From Paramecium tetraurelia (lineage: Eukaryota): a stretch of 64,000 bases of DNA. Location: assembly GCA_000165425.1 (NCBI GenBank), contig CT868019.1, positions 124,001 to 188,000 on the forward strand, read 5' to 3'. Positions 27,926-42,232 of the stretch are shown here, in pieces; positions within the stretch are counted from its first letter, which is position 1; every line of letters begins with the position of its first letter. The notes beneath the pieces are model-generated. The model did not search any database, was not told the origin of the DNA, and was given only the letters and a program-made list of their open reading frames with translations. The position numbers and the translations under genes are program-made.

Positions 27926-29519
27926 ATGAAAATCAACCAGCCTTTTTAGGTTTTTGTTCGTATACGATCCCATTCAGATTCTACAAATCCAATCGAAGTT
28001 GTCAATGAAAACATCGTAATTATGAAATTTGAATGAATAGCTAAGAATATCCAATAGAGAAATGAGCTTTTAGAAAATCTTTACTGAAAACGATTCCAAT
28101 TTATCCGTTTATGAAGGAGTATTATTGTTTAATTTAGTAGACTTTATCGAAATTCATAAGCAAAATATTTGAAGGGTTCAATATGACAGTGTTGTGTTAT
28201 GGAATGACAGGATCTGGCAAAACTCATACAATGTTTGGGAACTCACAGGTAAAATTAAATGATAAATTAAAAAGGATCATTATGGCATCGTGTATTAAGC
28301 AGTTAAGGAACTATTTCAACTGAAGAAAAATGGATTTATAAAAATTAGTTTTTATGAAATATATAATGAATAGATTATTGATTTGTTAGATTAAAGTTCA
28401 TAGAATTTATAGGTATAAGAAGATAAGAATGGGGACACTTAGATTCCAGGCTTATCCCAATAATGCATAGTTGATGAAGACCATCTAGTGTAATTGATTT
28501 AATAAGCACAAAAACGAAGATAATTGGCTTCAACTGCTAGTAATTAATATTCTTCTAGATCACATGCTATTGTATAGATACAAGTAGTCAATTACGATGA
28601 GAAAAAGAATATCAAATATGATGGCAAATTAATTCTGGCTGATTTGGCAGGAAGTGAAAGATGTTATAATTATAAAAATGGAGGAACATAGAAGATATAA
28701 TAGGAAGGATAAAACATTAATAAATCTCTCTTGGCATTGGGCCAATGTATTATGATGTTAAATCAAAGCAAATCACACATTCCGTATAGAAACTCTAAAT
28801 TAACGAGAATTCTGAAATAATCTCTAAGTGGTAATTCTATGACTCTTTTTATTGCATGCATAAGCAAATAATATAGTGAGGAAACTGAAAACACATTGAA
28901 ATATGCCCAATAAGCCTGTGCTATCAAAACTTCATTAACTTAAGCAATGACTTCAATTAAGATGGAACAGCCGAAAAGATCGATATCAATTGAAATATAG
29001 AACTTGGAGTAATAATTGAATAGTTATTTTGTCATTAACAATGGGTTACATAAAAACTTAAATACCTTATATTAGAATGTGTAGAAGGAATAGGAAACTA
29101 AGGTTATTGTTTAAAATGTAGAATAATAAATAGCATCAAATATGAGGAAGTAGAAATTAATAATCAATCAAATCAAAGGACTTATTGTTGAAAAAGAAAA
29201 CTAAGACAAATCATTTACATATCGAGGATCGGAGGTTAGATTTTGTGATCTGAGCAATAAGAGTTCAATAATTTCGTAAATCCAACCTCATACTGCTGAT
29301 TAGAGTTGCCAAACTGAAAGAGTTTATGATCCAATTTATTTTGATGTAAAACTTGGACGCAACAATTCCTAATAAACACCCAATACTATTGAGATTCACA
29401 AGATTCCAGAATCCAAACGATTTTCAAATCCATTTCTTAGTACCATGGTGCAGGAAGAAAAAACTTAAAAGGATGTATTATAAGATAGAACCAACAGATT
29501 CAAGATCAAAATAAAATGA
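27926..29519 (+). CDS. Kinesin motor protein (N-terminal motor)
   Basis: [67 protein letters not shown] 29517-19. Confidence 0.95.
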
Positions 29520-29708
29520 CTTATTTGTCTATACTTTTTATTATTCGTAAAGAATGTTTCATTATTATTTGTGGGTATTTCAAAGGAGATGCAAAGTTTC
29601 ATGTTATGGACTTGTATTTTATAATAACTTGTTATACAAAATGATTTAATACAAATTTATTATTATTATATATTATTTCTTTTCTGTATACAAATCAACT
29701 TATTGCTC

Positions 29709-30471
29709 ATGTAGGAAACTAACAAAGGCAGAACTTGCAAACAAAGAAGCTCAGTTCACACAAAAGATTAGAAAATAAATACTGAAAGGTTTTCATTATC
29801 AAATATCATTGAAATATAGACGCAGTCTGAATGTTGATATGAACAACTATACGCCTAAGTAACCCAAATGGGCTGAAAAGACTATTAAAAATATGAACAG
29901 ATGTTCCTTTACAGATCTTAGTGAATAAGATAAGAGGGGATCTATGAGCACCCTAGCTACATTAACAACAATGAGCACCGACTTTTATGTTTAAGACGAC
30001 GATCCTATTGAAGAGTAGACATCTTCAAGTGATGAATCATAGAGCAATGTAAAATTTAAAACAGAAATGTGCAAAAATTGGAGTCTGTTGGGTAGATGCA
30101 ATTATGGAAATAAGTGTTAATTTGCTCATGGTTAAAAGGAGAAGATAAATCGATAGTGTAATTAGAAATACAAATCCAAACTCTGTCGATCTTTCCATTA
30201 AGATTATGTAATGAACACTTATTATTGATTCTAGGTCTGCTTTTATGGAGCTAGATGCTAATTTATTCATGAAAGTAGAAGTGTTGACCAGATTCGAAAG
30301 GATTTCAAATCTTAGACTTCCTTCTATTAGCCTTCTTCAAACTAATTGAGATTGAAATCTTTTCAGCTCATAACAAGCGATTGGAAACAAGAAATTCCAT
30401 TGCAAGAATGTTTTCAGCTTTGGAAGACTAAATTATTATTATAGATCAACATATCCTCAAGTAGTGATTGA
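29709..30471 (+). CDS. Tandem CCCH zinc-finger RNA-binding protein (TTP/ZFP36-like)
   Basis: [27 protein letters not shown] and KYKSKLCRSFHQDY|VCFYGARCQFIH. Confidence 0.9.
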
Positions 30472-30520
30472 AGATTTTGTTAAGGTTTATGATTATTTAT
30501 TTATAATTTAATATATTAAA

Positions 30521-31399
30521 ATGATTGAAGATTAATATTTGTTAATGCTCAAACAGAATTCAATATCTCCCTAAATAATAGAGGCTTACTTACAATAGAA
30601 GCAGCATCTAATCAAGTAAAATCAACATAATTACAAAGCAATGTGATCTCTTACTTTGCGAATATTATTACATACGGTCCAATAGCGTTGTTTAATGCTG
30701 AGAAAATCTGCTCTTCTAAATAGTCATAATAGTTTGTCAGTACAATTAGGAAAAATTATGAAACGATGTTTGGTTTAAACGATTAACAAGATTCCTAAAG
30801 TTTTATTGAAAATTCTTAGGAATATTTTAAACAATACTTTTCACAGCAGATATTTGATCAGCACTATCTAAGCTTTTTAAATGACTTAAAAGAGTGCTCT
30901 TATGTTAAATAATTGAGTCGAAATTAATGGCTGGATTAACTCCAAGACATTATTGAAATTTCTACAATTTAAGAAGTAAAACTTCAGTATCACTTAATAG
31001 ATCAACCAAACTTAAATAATTAATGAGCAATTTGAGAGTGACACCTTAGCTCGGGAACGAAAGAGGTAATCTTATAGTATGCCTTAATCAAATTAGTATT
31101 TGTTATGATGGTGATGAGGAGAGAACCCCTTAATAGAGTGAAGAGGATGAGTAAAACAAAAATAAAGTAAGTAATTATAAAGAAATCAAAAAAGTATTAA
31201 AAAAATAAGAAAGAAAAAGAATTATAAAATGGAGAAGGTGGTGAGGAGGGTTACGATGCCAGTAATTCAGATCATAAAACGAAGATCTCAAAGTTGCCCA
31301 GAAGAATCATCTAAAGGAGAAAGTAAGCAAACAACCAAGAATTCGATACAGACAGAGAATATGTATGCTTTTAATCATATTTAGAAACAAAAAGAATGA
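30521..31399 (+). CDS. Hypothetical protein with a charged C-terminal half
   Basis: ATG 30521; open after removing three tiny introns; TGA 31397-99. Confidence 0.6.
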
Positions 31400-31452
31400 T
31401 CAAAATTATTCAATATGTGTAATTATTATATATATTTATATTAATTTGATAA

Positions 31453-32085
31453 ATGAGATCAAATCCTCGTTCACAATCAAAAAAAGAATCGAAGACTGTT
31501 TAACCACCACCTCCTCCTCCTCCTTAGAAACCTGTTTAAGAAGAGAAATAATTCAACCCAGATACATATGTTAGATAAAATTTAAGTCGAGATGAAGTTA
31601 TTGAGTTAAAGGTAGAGTAATCATAGAAATCGTATTCCTTAGAAAGCCTTTGATCTATTTGATGATGATGGAAGTGGCACTATTGATCCTGCTGAATTAA
31701 AGGGAGCTTTTGAAGAATTAGGACTTAGAGCTCAAAATAAAATGATTTATTAAGTTTTAGGAGAGATAGATCAAGACAATTAAGGTGGGTTTTCATTTGA
31801 CAATTTCATCAAATTAGCAACAGCCAAGCAAAATTTAAAGGAAACAAGAGGTTCTCTAATGAGGACTTTCAATTTGTTTGATCTAAATCGTGAAGGTGAT
31901 CATATTGAGTGACTTTAGGTAGAATTACTTGGGATGAATTGAAGAGGGTCTCAGTTGATCTGGGGGATGACTTAAATGATGAGGAAGTTAAAAAGATATT
32001 CAGAAAGGCTGACTTAGACGACGATGGTTTTGTAACCTTTGATGATTTCTACAATATGATGACTGGAAGAGTCTATTATGATTGA
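31453..32085 (+). CDS. Centrin-family EF-hand protein with a Pro-rich N-terminal extension
   Basis: KAFDLFDDDGSGTIDPAELK, ITWDELKRVSVDLGDDLNDEEV..KADLDDDGFVTFDDFYNMMT; PPPPPP in the N-terminus. Confidence 0.9.
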
Positions 32086-32253
32086 AGGAATATCATTATA
32101 ATAAAATTTAAGAATTAAAATTTCAAATCTCTTTCTATAAGAAAAAATCTTCCTAACTTAATAATTGTCTATCATTCCAATATATGATATTTTGAAAACA
32201 ATAATTTTTATTTCCTGTAATAAGCTTACAAGTTTCAATGAATAATTTTTAAT

Positions 32254-35136
32254 ATGTATATAAAAAAATTAAAAGAGTTGATATCAACAACTTTGGAAGA
32301 TTATCGGAATGAGAGATACAGTGTTTAGCATAACTAATTGATACTTTAAAAAATATGGCCAACCTTTATTATTCTGGTCAAATTTTATGCTATTATTGGA
32401 CTTATATACATAATTATTTACAATTCCTTATATTTCAAGAGCTTTAATAAGGCTTACACTACATTTTATTTATATATTTAACTTGTAGCTATAGTTTTGT
32501 ATGTCTGCATTGTTGAAAGAATTGCTAACTGCTTAAGGGAATCGTATAAATTAACACTTATCATTTTTACATTCATTCTAGTTGAAACCTCATTTCAAAT
32601 ATTTTTGGTGGAAGTGTATTTATCAAATGATGTAGAGAACAGAATATTGACTGTTTGTTAGTTGTTTATCAATTTATTGCTTGTTCTAGGAATAGTTAGA
32701 ACAATTAAATTAAGAATCATGTTATTACTGAAATTTTATGCATATTTCTTTGCTAGAGGGATTACTTTCCATTTTAAGACTTTCCAATCCTTAAATATCA
32801 TATTTTTTATACTTCTGATTTTATTCTTTTGGGATCAACAATTAATAAATCTGAGCAAAGTTTCATAATTTACTGACCAAACTTTAAGAAGCATTCCTAG
32901 TGCAGTTTGTGTATTAGATTAGAATTGCTAAGATGTGTTATTTACTAATAATTTTACTAAAAAACTAATCCATTCTTTGAATTATGGTGGCCTTTCAGGA
33001 ACAAAATCTTATGGAATTTTGTAGAACTAAGGATTTCCCTCTTACGAATCCATTAGAAGTTCGCCATCAGATGAAATAATCTCATTTTTTGAGAATCTAA
33101 CCTTACCTTAATCTGAAGTGAAAGAACAATTGAATTCTGAAAATTCACATAGACTTGCTTCTAAATTTGAATCTACTGATCAGCAGCAAATTAATCTAAA
33201 CTAAGCTCTAAATTTGATTAAGATTTAAGAAAAATAAACCTAAGGTTCTATATATGCATTAAGATGTTCATTTAACTGTTAAACTTATGAAGATGAATAC
33301 CCGATTATCGTGGAGGCCAGAATTAAAACTAAACTGCAATATGGTTTAAATAAAAATGCCATTCTTTTAAATCTTTATGATGTATCTCCTAATTTTAAAT
33401 CTTCCTATTATAAGAAACTTAATTCATTCAAAAGTCAGGTTATTCGTTCCATCTCACATGAATTAAGAACCAGATTAAATGTTATTTAAGGTTTCTTGTA
33501 AGTAATTCAATGCAACAGCATTAATTATGATAAGGAAACAAATAAGTTATTGAGAGCTGCATTTAATAACTGTCGAATTCAGAATTTGATCATCAGTTCA
33601 ATCATCAATTACAATCTGATAAGAGAAAAGAAATTAGTCACAAAAATAGAGAAATGCAAATTAATATCTGTTATCTAAGAGGCCATAGATCTATTTAAGG
33701 AGGAAGCTGAAATGAAAAACATCAGAATAACCTTTTAAAAACTCGTGAATTAAGCCTAGAATGAAATGTTGGATTACGAGAAATTTCAAAGTATCTTAAT
33801 CCATATAATTTCGAATAGTATAAAATTTAATAATACGAGTGGATAAATTATCATTACGATTTAAAAGGAGAATTAAGAAAAGGATAAGGTAACTCAAAAT
33901 AAGGAGATTGATAAGAGAATTGTCTAGCCTTCCTATGGTTCTCAATTATATAAAAGTTCTTAGGATTTGAATGATAGTTCCTTTCATTTTCCTTTACGGA
34001 AAAACACGATATTTAAATAATAATTTATTAATCCTTGTAGTTCCTTTTCGAATGTTGCACCTCAACAACAAACCAATACTAATTTATATGAATATTATTT
34101 AATTGAAATTCGAGACACTGGAATGGGAATTAATCAATAGAAGTTAGAAGCCATTTAGAATTTGCTGAAAAATGAGGAGAAGGCATTCTAGGACGTAGAT
34201 GGAGATTCTGCTTCAGGCATGATGTTAGGATTGAGAGCATCAAATGCTTTAATTAAATATCTTAATGGAAAAGAAGAAGATAATTTTATAACAATCGATT
34301 CAGTCATGGATCAATGGACTACTGTTTGTATTCACTTGAAGTGTAGAATTACATAATTGACCGAAGGATTCATGCCAAGTGATCTATACAATAAAGAGAG
34401 TTCTTAGATTGAATTAGAAGGGTAGGTACCAGATATTGAGAGCCAAACATTTAAATTCAACATTTGGACAGATCCAGATATTAGCAGTAGAGCCAATATA
34501 ATAAATAAAAATAAAAAATCTTCGTAAATCAATGTGAATTTAGCTAATAAAAGAGGGAGTGGTTAGATGTTCTCCAATCACAATATTTCAAGTTTTTATA
34601 AAAACCTAGAAGGAAGTCTCTTTAAGGGTTAGGGTTGTGGATGTGATTAAAAAATAGTGATAGTCGATGATGAACCATACAATCTATTAGTTTTAGAATC
34701 TTTGCTTAAATAATTAGGCTACCAATCAATCAAGGCTGATAATGGGAAACAATGTGTTAATTTGATCGAGAACAGCATTTCTGTTTTTGATGAACATAAA
34801 TGCCGAGGGTTTAAGGCTGTTATTATGGATTATCAAATGCCAATTATGAATGGGTAAGAGGCCACTAAACAACTTCAGTGCTTATTTAAAGATTAACCAC
34901 GAATCCAAATTCCTGTTTTTGGACTAACAGGATTCTCTGGAGAAGATGATATTATCAATTTAAGGGATGCTGGAATGAAAGGAGTCTATATCAAACCCAT
35001 AACTCTAAAAACCTTGGAAGAAATGATAAACAATGTAAGTTTGGTTGAATGTAGAGATACACCATTAATGTCTTCGAGGCAATTTTAATGTTTCGAATTA
35101 GATTATGCCGACGACTTAGAATAATTACATGAATGA
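32254..35136 (+). CDS. Membrane-bound hybrid histidine kinase (TM-PAS-like-HisKA-HATPase-receiver), apparently intronless
   Basis: 2883 nt = 961 codons. Several TM segments, SIPSAVCVLD, H-box SISHELRTRLN, N-box HIISNSIKF, RDTGMGI, receiver IVDDEPYN..IMDYQMPIMNG..IKP. Confidence 0.9.
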
Positions 35137-35155
35137 TAGTTATTAATTAATTTAT

Positions 35156-35527
35156 ATGTAAATTAGTAATAATAGTTAACAGTTAGCACTCACAAAGATT
35201 CAAAACAACGCATTTAATGTCTAATATTCTCCTTTTAGACTCTTAAATATCAAATACACCGAAGCCTCTACATAGAGATTAATTGAAGAACCTATACATT
35301 CTATCCAAGTATTTTAGATCCAAGGCAGTAACTATGAAATGCATTTCAACACCAAAAATAGCAAGCAAACAAAGCAGACAAAAGAATAAGTCAAGGTTAT
35401 ATCAATTGATTTGAAACTATAAAAGAAAAAATTAAAAACAGGGTCCAAAGAAAACCTATCAGATTATCAAAGAAAATTAATCAGCGATATATAAAAAATA
35501 GAATAGGAAATCCTAAGTCTCAGTTGA
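35156..35527 (+). CDS. Small hypothetical protein (123 aa)
   Basis: Uninterrupted ciliate-code ORF MQISNNSQQ..IQKIEQEILSLS*. Confidence 0.55.
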
Positions 35528-35891
35528 AATCCTTTACTTTTCATTTAAACAAACTATATATTCATTTAAATCAACCTTAATTCCCTTATTTTCTTGTTTA
35601 GTAGAATTATTAATACATTTAAGAATTATTACATTTAAAATTGATTCCATCGCAATTCTCATATTAAAGCTGATTGGAAGTAAACCAAATTATATTTATG
35701 AAATACAAAATATTTTAGTTTGCAATGTTGTAGCAGCAGTTATAACTAGAAGTTAAAATTAATTAAAATCTAATTCTCAAATTTTCTATTAATAAATACT
35801 TCAAAAAGATCTAACTTTTCTTTAATATCAATAATACATATAGATGGTAATATAATAACAAAATTTAATCAGAATTATAATAAAATTAATT

Positions 35892-38587
35892 TCATTTATC
35901 ATTTTACTTTTTATTGACTTTAATCATTTATTGCAAATCGTTGATGACTTAGACTTTTTTATCTCTCTGCATACGTTATTAATCTTCTTGACATTTTAAT
36001 CTTTCTAACTACTCCTTTTCACTTTTCATTCTCTCTACATCATGTGTGTATGATTATTTCATCACATTTTCTTTCTATATATTAGCTAATATATACTTCT
36101 GGATATTTATTCACTGATTTTTTACTATCATGTCTATTACTTAAATATCTAGTTTTATAATTATCCTTGATCCTGTCAATTTAATCAACTTCCCTATTTA
36201 ATTGTTAAAGTTGGATTCTAAGTTATCTATTGGTTTCATTTAAATGCTAATTTTCAGATTCAATTTCATAAATTTAATCATGAAATTTAGTAATTTTTAT
36301 TTCGTTCTATTCAATCTTTAATTATTGTCTTTCTATTTATATTCTTTGATCATTAATTTAATTTTTCAATTCTTACTCTTACTTAGTTAATATCCTCAAT
36401 TCGCTTTCTACTTCATTTATTCTTTATTAATAACTGTATAACATATTTTCTTAATTTTTTTATGATTATTCAGCCAAAAGTACTTCTTTCTATCTATTAT
36501 TTTCAGTTTCCTCAAATTGCTTTTAAACTCTTTAGATAGTAATATCCTTCTCATCCTATAATTATGCTAATCTGACCTTAATTTATTAATTGGTTTATTT
36601 TTCAAAAGATAACTCTAATTCTAATTATTTTAAGTTGTTCTTTAATTATTCATTTTCGACTTGGATATTTAGTAACTGTTCTTAGGTTTTTATCAAAAAT
36701 TATCTTTCTGCTTACAATTCTTAGTTAACATCTAAAATTAATCAAAATAATTACAAGATTCTGCATTATTTAACTTATTAAGAGAGAAACTTGGATCATA
36801 AAAAGTTTAAGATGTCGAGGATGAATTATCGACTTTTTGTTCTAGTTCTATAATTTTCTTCTTTAAACTGAGTTCTTTTTGTTTGTATTCATTGAGTTCT
36901 TTATCCCTGTTCTCAACTCTCAGATTAGCAATTCGCAATTCTTCTTCTTATCTCTATATCTTTTCTTAGACTTAAAATGTTTACTCTTAATCTCCGATTA
37001 TTTAGTATTTCATCTAATTAAGTTATGATTCTAATGTTTAGATTTTTTAATTTGCAGACTACAAATGCATTTTAGTCTATGCCAATTCTTATTATTTCAA
37101 TTCAACAGTTCCATCTACCTCACTTCTCTTGAAATTGAATTATTAAGCTTATTCCCTATTATTGAGCATTTCCTTGTCTAATTATAATTTCAGCTTTATA
37201 TTTTCCTCTCTAATTCTATCTATTTAATCTTTTAGAGTGTCTACTTCCCTTTAGAGTCTTTGAGATACATCTTGATCAGAGTGTTCGTATTATCTCTTTT
37301 AATAAATGTCATTTTCAATTTATTATAATTTTGATTATATATCTTTATAATCATCCTTCAGCAATTCATTTTCAACTAAGAGTTTTTCATTTTCTTCTTT
37401 CATTATTTCATAATCATTGAGGGGAACAGAATTCTTGTCTAATTATGTTTAAGATTTTCCAAGTTAATCTAATTTACTACCATATTCAGCTTATATTAAT
37501 TTGAGTTCTTTCGTTTAAGATTTTAATTCTTTTTTCAACTATTTAACTTGAGTTTATTTTTGACTTAACAATTATTTAATTTCATTTAATTCATCACTAA
37601 GTGTCAAATTTTATTCATAATACTCACTTAATAATTTTCTAACCTCCTTGCTTCTATAATACAAAACTCGATATTCTCTTAATAGTTTTTCTTTTGAGAC
37701 TGATTCTAACTTTGTTGTAAGCATTAGATTTTCCTCTCTACTTAGTTAGCATATTTCAGTATCCTAACCTTTTCTTTCGCTCTCGATCAAAGTTTGATAT
37801 TTAGATTAAGTTGCTTTTGGATTTACCTTAACATTAATGTCATCTATTGAATCGCTAAATTCTGTAATTGAACTTCCATCATCATAATAAGCAGTAACTA
37901 CTTTTTTGTTCTTATTTTTTTTTTTTGATGAATTGTACGATGATCTCGATGGACTTCATAATAATTTAAATTTTACCTTAGACTGCGATCTGCATTATTT
38001 TTAGATGCTCTTGATTCTGTTATTCTTACATTTGATCTTTAGTTTTCTTTTTATTATTACACAACTTTCTAAAAGTTACTTAATTTATTTTCTATTGACT
38101 TTTTTGTAAATTGTGGAGTTTGTTGTGTTTTTAATGATTTTTATCCTTTTGCGCTCTTTTTTGATGATTTACTTCTGCTCTATTCTAAACTTTTCATTTA
38201 CACCCTTGATTAGGTTTATTTGCCTAAAGTCCTTCTGCTTTAACTATTCACAGATTTGCCTGATTTAGTTGATTTTCTACTCTTTTTATCAGAAGCTGGA
38301 CTTTTCATTCGATCATCCGCAACGCTATTTAATTTTTTCTTCATTTTTCCAATTTTTTTTGCTAGTTATGTTAATTATGTAAGAGTTGAGGTTCTTCCTC
38401 CAAATTCACTTTATTTTACTTCTTCATACAACTATTTTTATTCATTTTCCTTTTCTCTTATCCATTATTATGTTAAATTTTAAGGTGGATTATTTACATT
38501 CTAAATTAATGTTTTAATTTGTTATTAACATTGACTCTCACTCTTCATTTTATGCTTTAAACTCTAACTTGTTCTAGCAAGGGACAT
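35892..38587 (-). CDS. Long coiled-coil protein with a basic Ser-rich N-terminal region
   Basis: MSLARTSQSLKHKMKSE.. followed by an E/Q/K heptad-rich frame; ends KKVQVINDLQQMIKVNKKQNDK*. Confidence 0.75.
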
Positions 38588-39223
38588 TAAATTAATTATA
38601 TTGTTAAAATTTGAATTTTATTAATATAAAGTACTTCTGTAAATATAATCCTTTCCAGAAAAGTCTAATTTATAATAAACCTGATATTTTATCTATACTG
38701 TTCTTCAGATATTGTTATAATTAATTATAAAATAGAGTAAATCAAGATCTTGGATAAGGAATTAATTTTAATAACATATGATTGTTAAGAATCAATGATT
38801 TTATTAAAATAAAATTTAAATTTTGACACATTCAATATAGGAGTAATAAGAATACTTACAATGAATGAGAACTATGAGTTCAAATAGAATTCAAAAAAGT
38901 TCATTGCCTTAATTTTCTTGCATTTTTAATAAAAATAATGAAAAATCTTGATTAGAAGAAAATATTGCCTTATATTTTATTCCTATTTTTCTGCTTGTTG
39001 CTGAATAATATGCAATTTACTACTTTAAAAATAAAGTAATTGAAAATTATTATACTTTTACAATTGAATATAAGTAAGAAATATTAATTATTGATAAAAT
39101 TAAATAAGGAATTATATTATTTGATAGGAATTTCTTAGTGAGCTTCAATGACTCAAATTACTTATAGATTAAAGAAAGAAATTTATTGTATTATTGTACT
39201 TATTCATAATAATCATGATTATA

Positions 39224-39639
39224 TCAATCCTTAGGCTTCTTCTTGATTCTTAATTAGTTTGAATGTCCACATTTTCTTTTTCTGCAGTTATGAGCTTTAG
39301 GAGGTAATCTAATAATAATTTTTAAATATCATACCTTGCATAGCAAACTCTGCAAATTTTTTTTTCAACATTATACTTTTTGGCTATAGCAGCGATTGTG
39401 GGCTCCATACCACCACCTCTTAATCTCAAAACTAAGTGGAGAGTAGATTCTTTTTAAATATTATAATCTGAAAGAGTTCTTCCGTCTTCAAGTTGCTTTC
39501 CTGCAAAAATCAATCTTTATTGATCAGGTGGAATTCCTTCTTTATCTTAAATCTTAGCCTTGACAGCATCAATGGTGTCTGAAGGCTCCACATCAAGTGT
39601 GATAGTCTTTCCCGTAAGGGTTTTAACAAAAATTTACAT
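39224..39639 (-). CDS. UBA52: Ubiquitin-60S ribosomal protein L40 fusion
   Basis: [27 protein letters not shown] then [52 protein letters not shown]. Confidence 0.98.
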
Positions 39640-39748
39640 AATATTTTAAATTTAATTAAAATCTTTAATTAATTTTTTATTTCTAGTCAATGATCTATAA
39701 CAAAAACTATAAATCATGATGATAAACCAAGTTATCAATAGTGCATCC

Positions 39749-40649
39749 TCATTATTTTTGGACTTTCTTAATTTTATTTAAATATACGACCGCATTCTTA
39801 TATTCATCTGAATTTATCAATTCATCAGATTTATCTTAAGATTCTAATAACCCTTCAACGCTATACATATTTTATTTCAATTTAATCCCTTCAATACAAG
39901 TGTAATAATTCTTTTTAGTTTTTGGACACTAGAAAATAATTTATTCAAATTGATTTTCCTGCTAATTCCTCTTTTCATTTTCTAGCTTCTGTATTTTTTC
40001 TAGATACTCAATCTAATGAGAAAATAGCTTGTCTCTATGATTGTTTAAAAAATCAAGAGCTCCTTAAAGACTATAAGGTTGACCTTAAAGATTAATGCTC
40101 TCTAAGCATGTTATATAAGTTTATTTTGTTATTGGACATTCGAAAGTAACATTATTTTCCATCTAAGGATCCTAATATATTTATTGAGTCTATATCATAA
40201 TACTAAAATAAATAATTCTATTACTTTTTGAGAATTTATTAATATTCTTCTTGGCTGTACACCTGTTATAAGATACTATCAGTGATTTCCAATTATTAAA
40301 TATCGTAATCTTTGAAATCTTGAGGACTATTGAAATGTTACAAAATATTAATTTTGTAGATCTTAGAAAAGGATTATTCAAATGCACCATTAATAAAGCA
40401 GAATTTTTTAATCAATTCCTTTAACTTATCTTTTAAGACTACTATAAAATGTTCTGGCTATATCATTAACTTAATCGTGCTTTTTTCTCCAATAATCTCT
40501 CCAGAAAGTTAACAATAAGTCAATCCATCATATTCAAATTAAGCGGATCTCCTGGTGCACAACTTTTAAACCAACTCAGTAAATGATATTTCGTCTAATT
40601 TTTCTGGGTCATTGATCATTTTGATTAATTTAATCTCATCGTCCTACAT
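39749..40649 (-). CDS. Hypothetical protein with two tandem U-box/RING-like repeats
   Basis: Repeats FECPITKQTYITCLESINLQGQPYSLQGAL and FQCPKTKKNYYTCIEGIKLKQNMYSVEGLL. Confidence 0.65.
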
Positions 40650-40951
40650 TTTCTATTAAAATAATATTATTATATAATTTTAATTTTTTATATACTCCTT
40701 AAAATAAATATGAGGTTTTATGATTAATCAATTCTACTCTTAAATGAAAATTATATATATATCATTAATTATTGATTTTCTAATTAATAATTTGAATTGT
40801 TCTTCATATAAATAAACTTTAACAATTTAAGCAACAATATATATTTATTATTCAAATAATTCTTTAAAGGATTGAGATAATAGAGTGGAACTATTTTAAC
40901 ATTTGTTAAATATTTTTTATAATATAAATATTATTATCACTTGAAGAAAAA

Positions 40952-41232
40952 ATGAATACTGTGCAGGTTATTGAATTTTCAAATAGAGTATTTGATAAAT
41001 ACGACAAAGATAAATCAGGATTTATTGAGATAGATGAATTAACTTCCTTATTGAATAACTTCGCCAAAGAAATTAAATCACAAGTATCAATTATTCTTAA
41101 GATAAGCCACCCACTTAAAATGAGATTAATTATATGTTACGTTTCCTAGATAAAAATAATGACCAAAAGATTAGTAGAACTGAGTTTTAGAAATTAGGAT
41201 AATTGATGGTGAAAGTTCTAGGGCAAATGTGA
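40952..41232 (+). CDS. Small two-EF-hand protein
   Basis: DKDKSGFIEIDE and DKNNDQKISRTE; one 23-nt intron; TGA 41230-32. Confidence 0.88.
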
Positions 41233-41412
41233 TTATATTTTTAGATATATAGAATTGTTAAATAATTTTTGTTTCCAAATTTAAATTTCTTTAAAGAGAT
41301 GGTCAAAAAGGCTTAATTTTAAAGCATGAGCGATCTTCAAAAAAATATGATGAAATTAGTCACAATATTTATAATTATTATTATAATGAAATGTGTTTAA
41401 AATTTCAATGAA

Positions 41413-42122
41413 TCAACAGCATCCTCCTTGTTTGGTCTATTTCTTTGGGTCTTATTTAGTTAATGTCACAGTTGTAGGGAAAAATCTAAAAAAGAATGAT
41501 AAACAATAAAGAATTACATTTCTTCATCCTTTTCTTAACTTGCAGCTGCTTTTGCAATGTCTTGGAAAGCTTATTCTATATTTGTGGCATCTTTGGCTGA
41601 GACTTCAAAAAATTGTATATTTCCGTGTGATTTACACCATTATTAACTTTTGGATTCCTAAACTTTTCTTTCTGTTGCTTTATCCAATTTATTTCCTAAG
41701 ACGACAAAAGGAAAATGTTCTGGATCTTTTGGTTGACCTTACATTAGAAATTCATCTCTCCAAGAATCCAAAGAATCAAACGATTTTGGATTTGTAATAT
41801 CGTATACTAATACACAACAATCAGCTCCTCTGTAAAATGCACCACCTAATGATTGGAATCTCTCTTAACCTGCTGTGTCCCAAATCTAACAAAATTTAAA
41901 ATTGTCAACATACTTAAAGGGTAACCATACGATCATCTATCATAACTTCCTTGGCCATAAAATCTGCACCAACTGTAGCTCTATATTATTGAGTGAACCT
42001 TGCATTGACATATTAATTCATCAAAGATGTTTTTCCGACTCTAAAAGTTTAATTAGAATGTAATTTTACCCTGAATCACCTAAGATGATGATTTTAAAAA
42101 GTTGCTTCTTCTTGCTGGCCAT
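41413..42122 (-). CDS. RAB7: Rab7 GTPase
   Basis: [56 protein letters not shown]-terminal GGCC. Confidence 0.97.
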
Positions 42123-42232
42123 GTGGAATTATTATAATTATTTATTAATATATATTAATAATTCTGATTGTAGTTTTAAATTCTAAATATCGTATTTAAT
42201 AAGAAAAAAAAAATCTTAAATTCAATTAATAT

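Noticed and set aside
32238..32275. Alternative histidine kinase start at 32238 with a 22-nt intron
   Set aside because: ATG 32254 gives an uninterrupted frame without needing a weak GAG acceptor.
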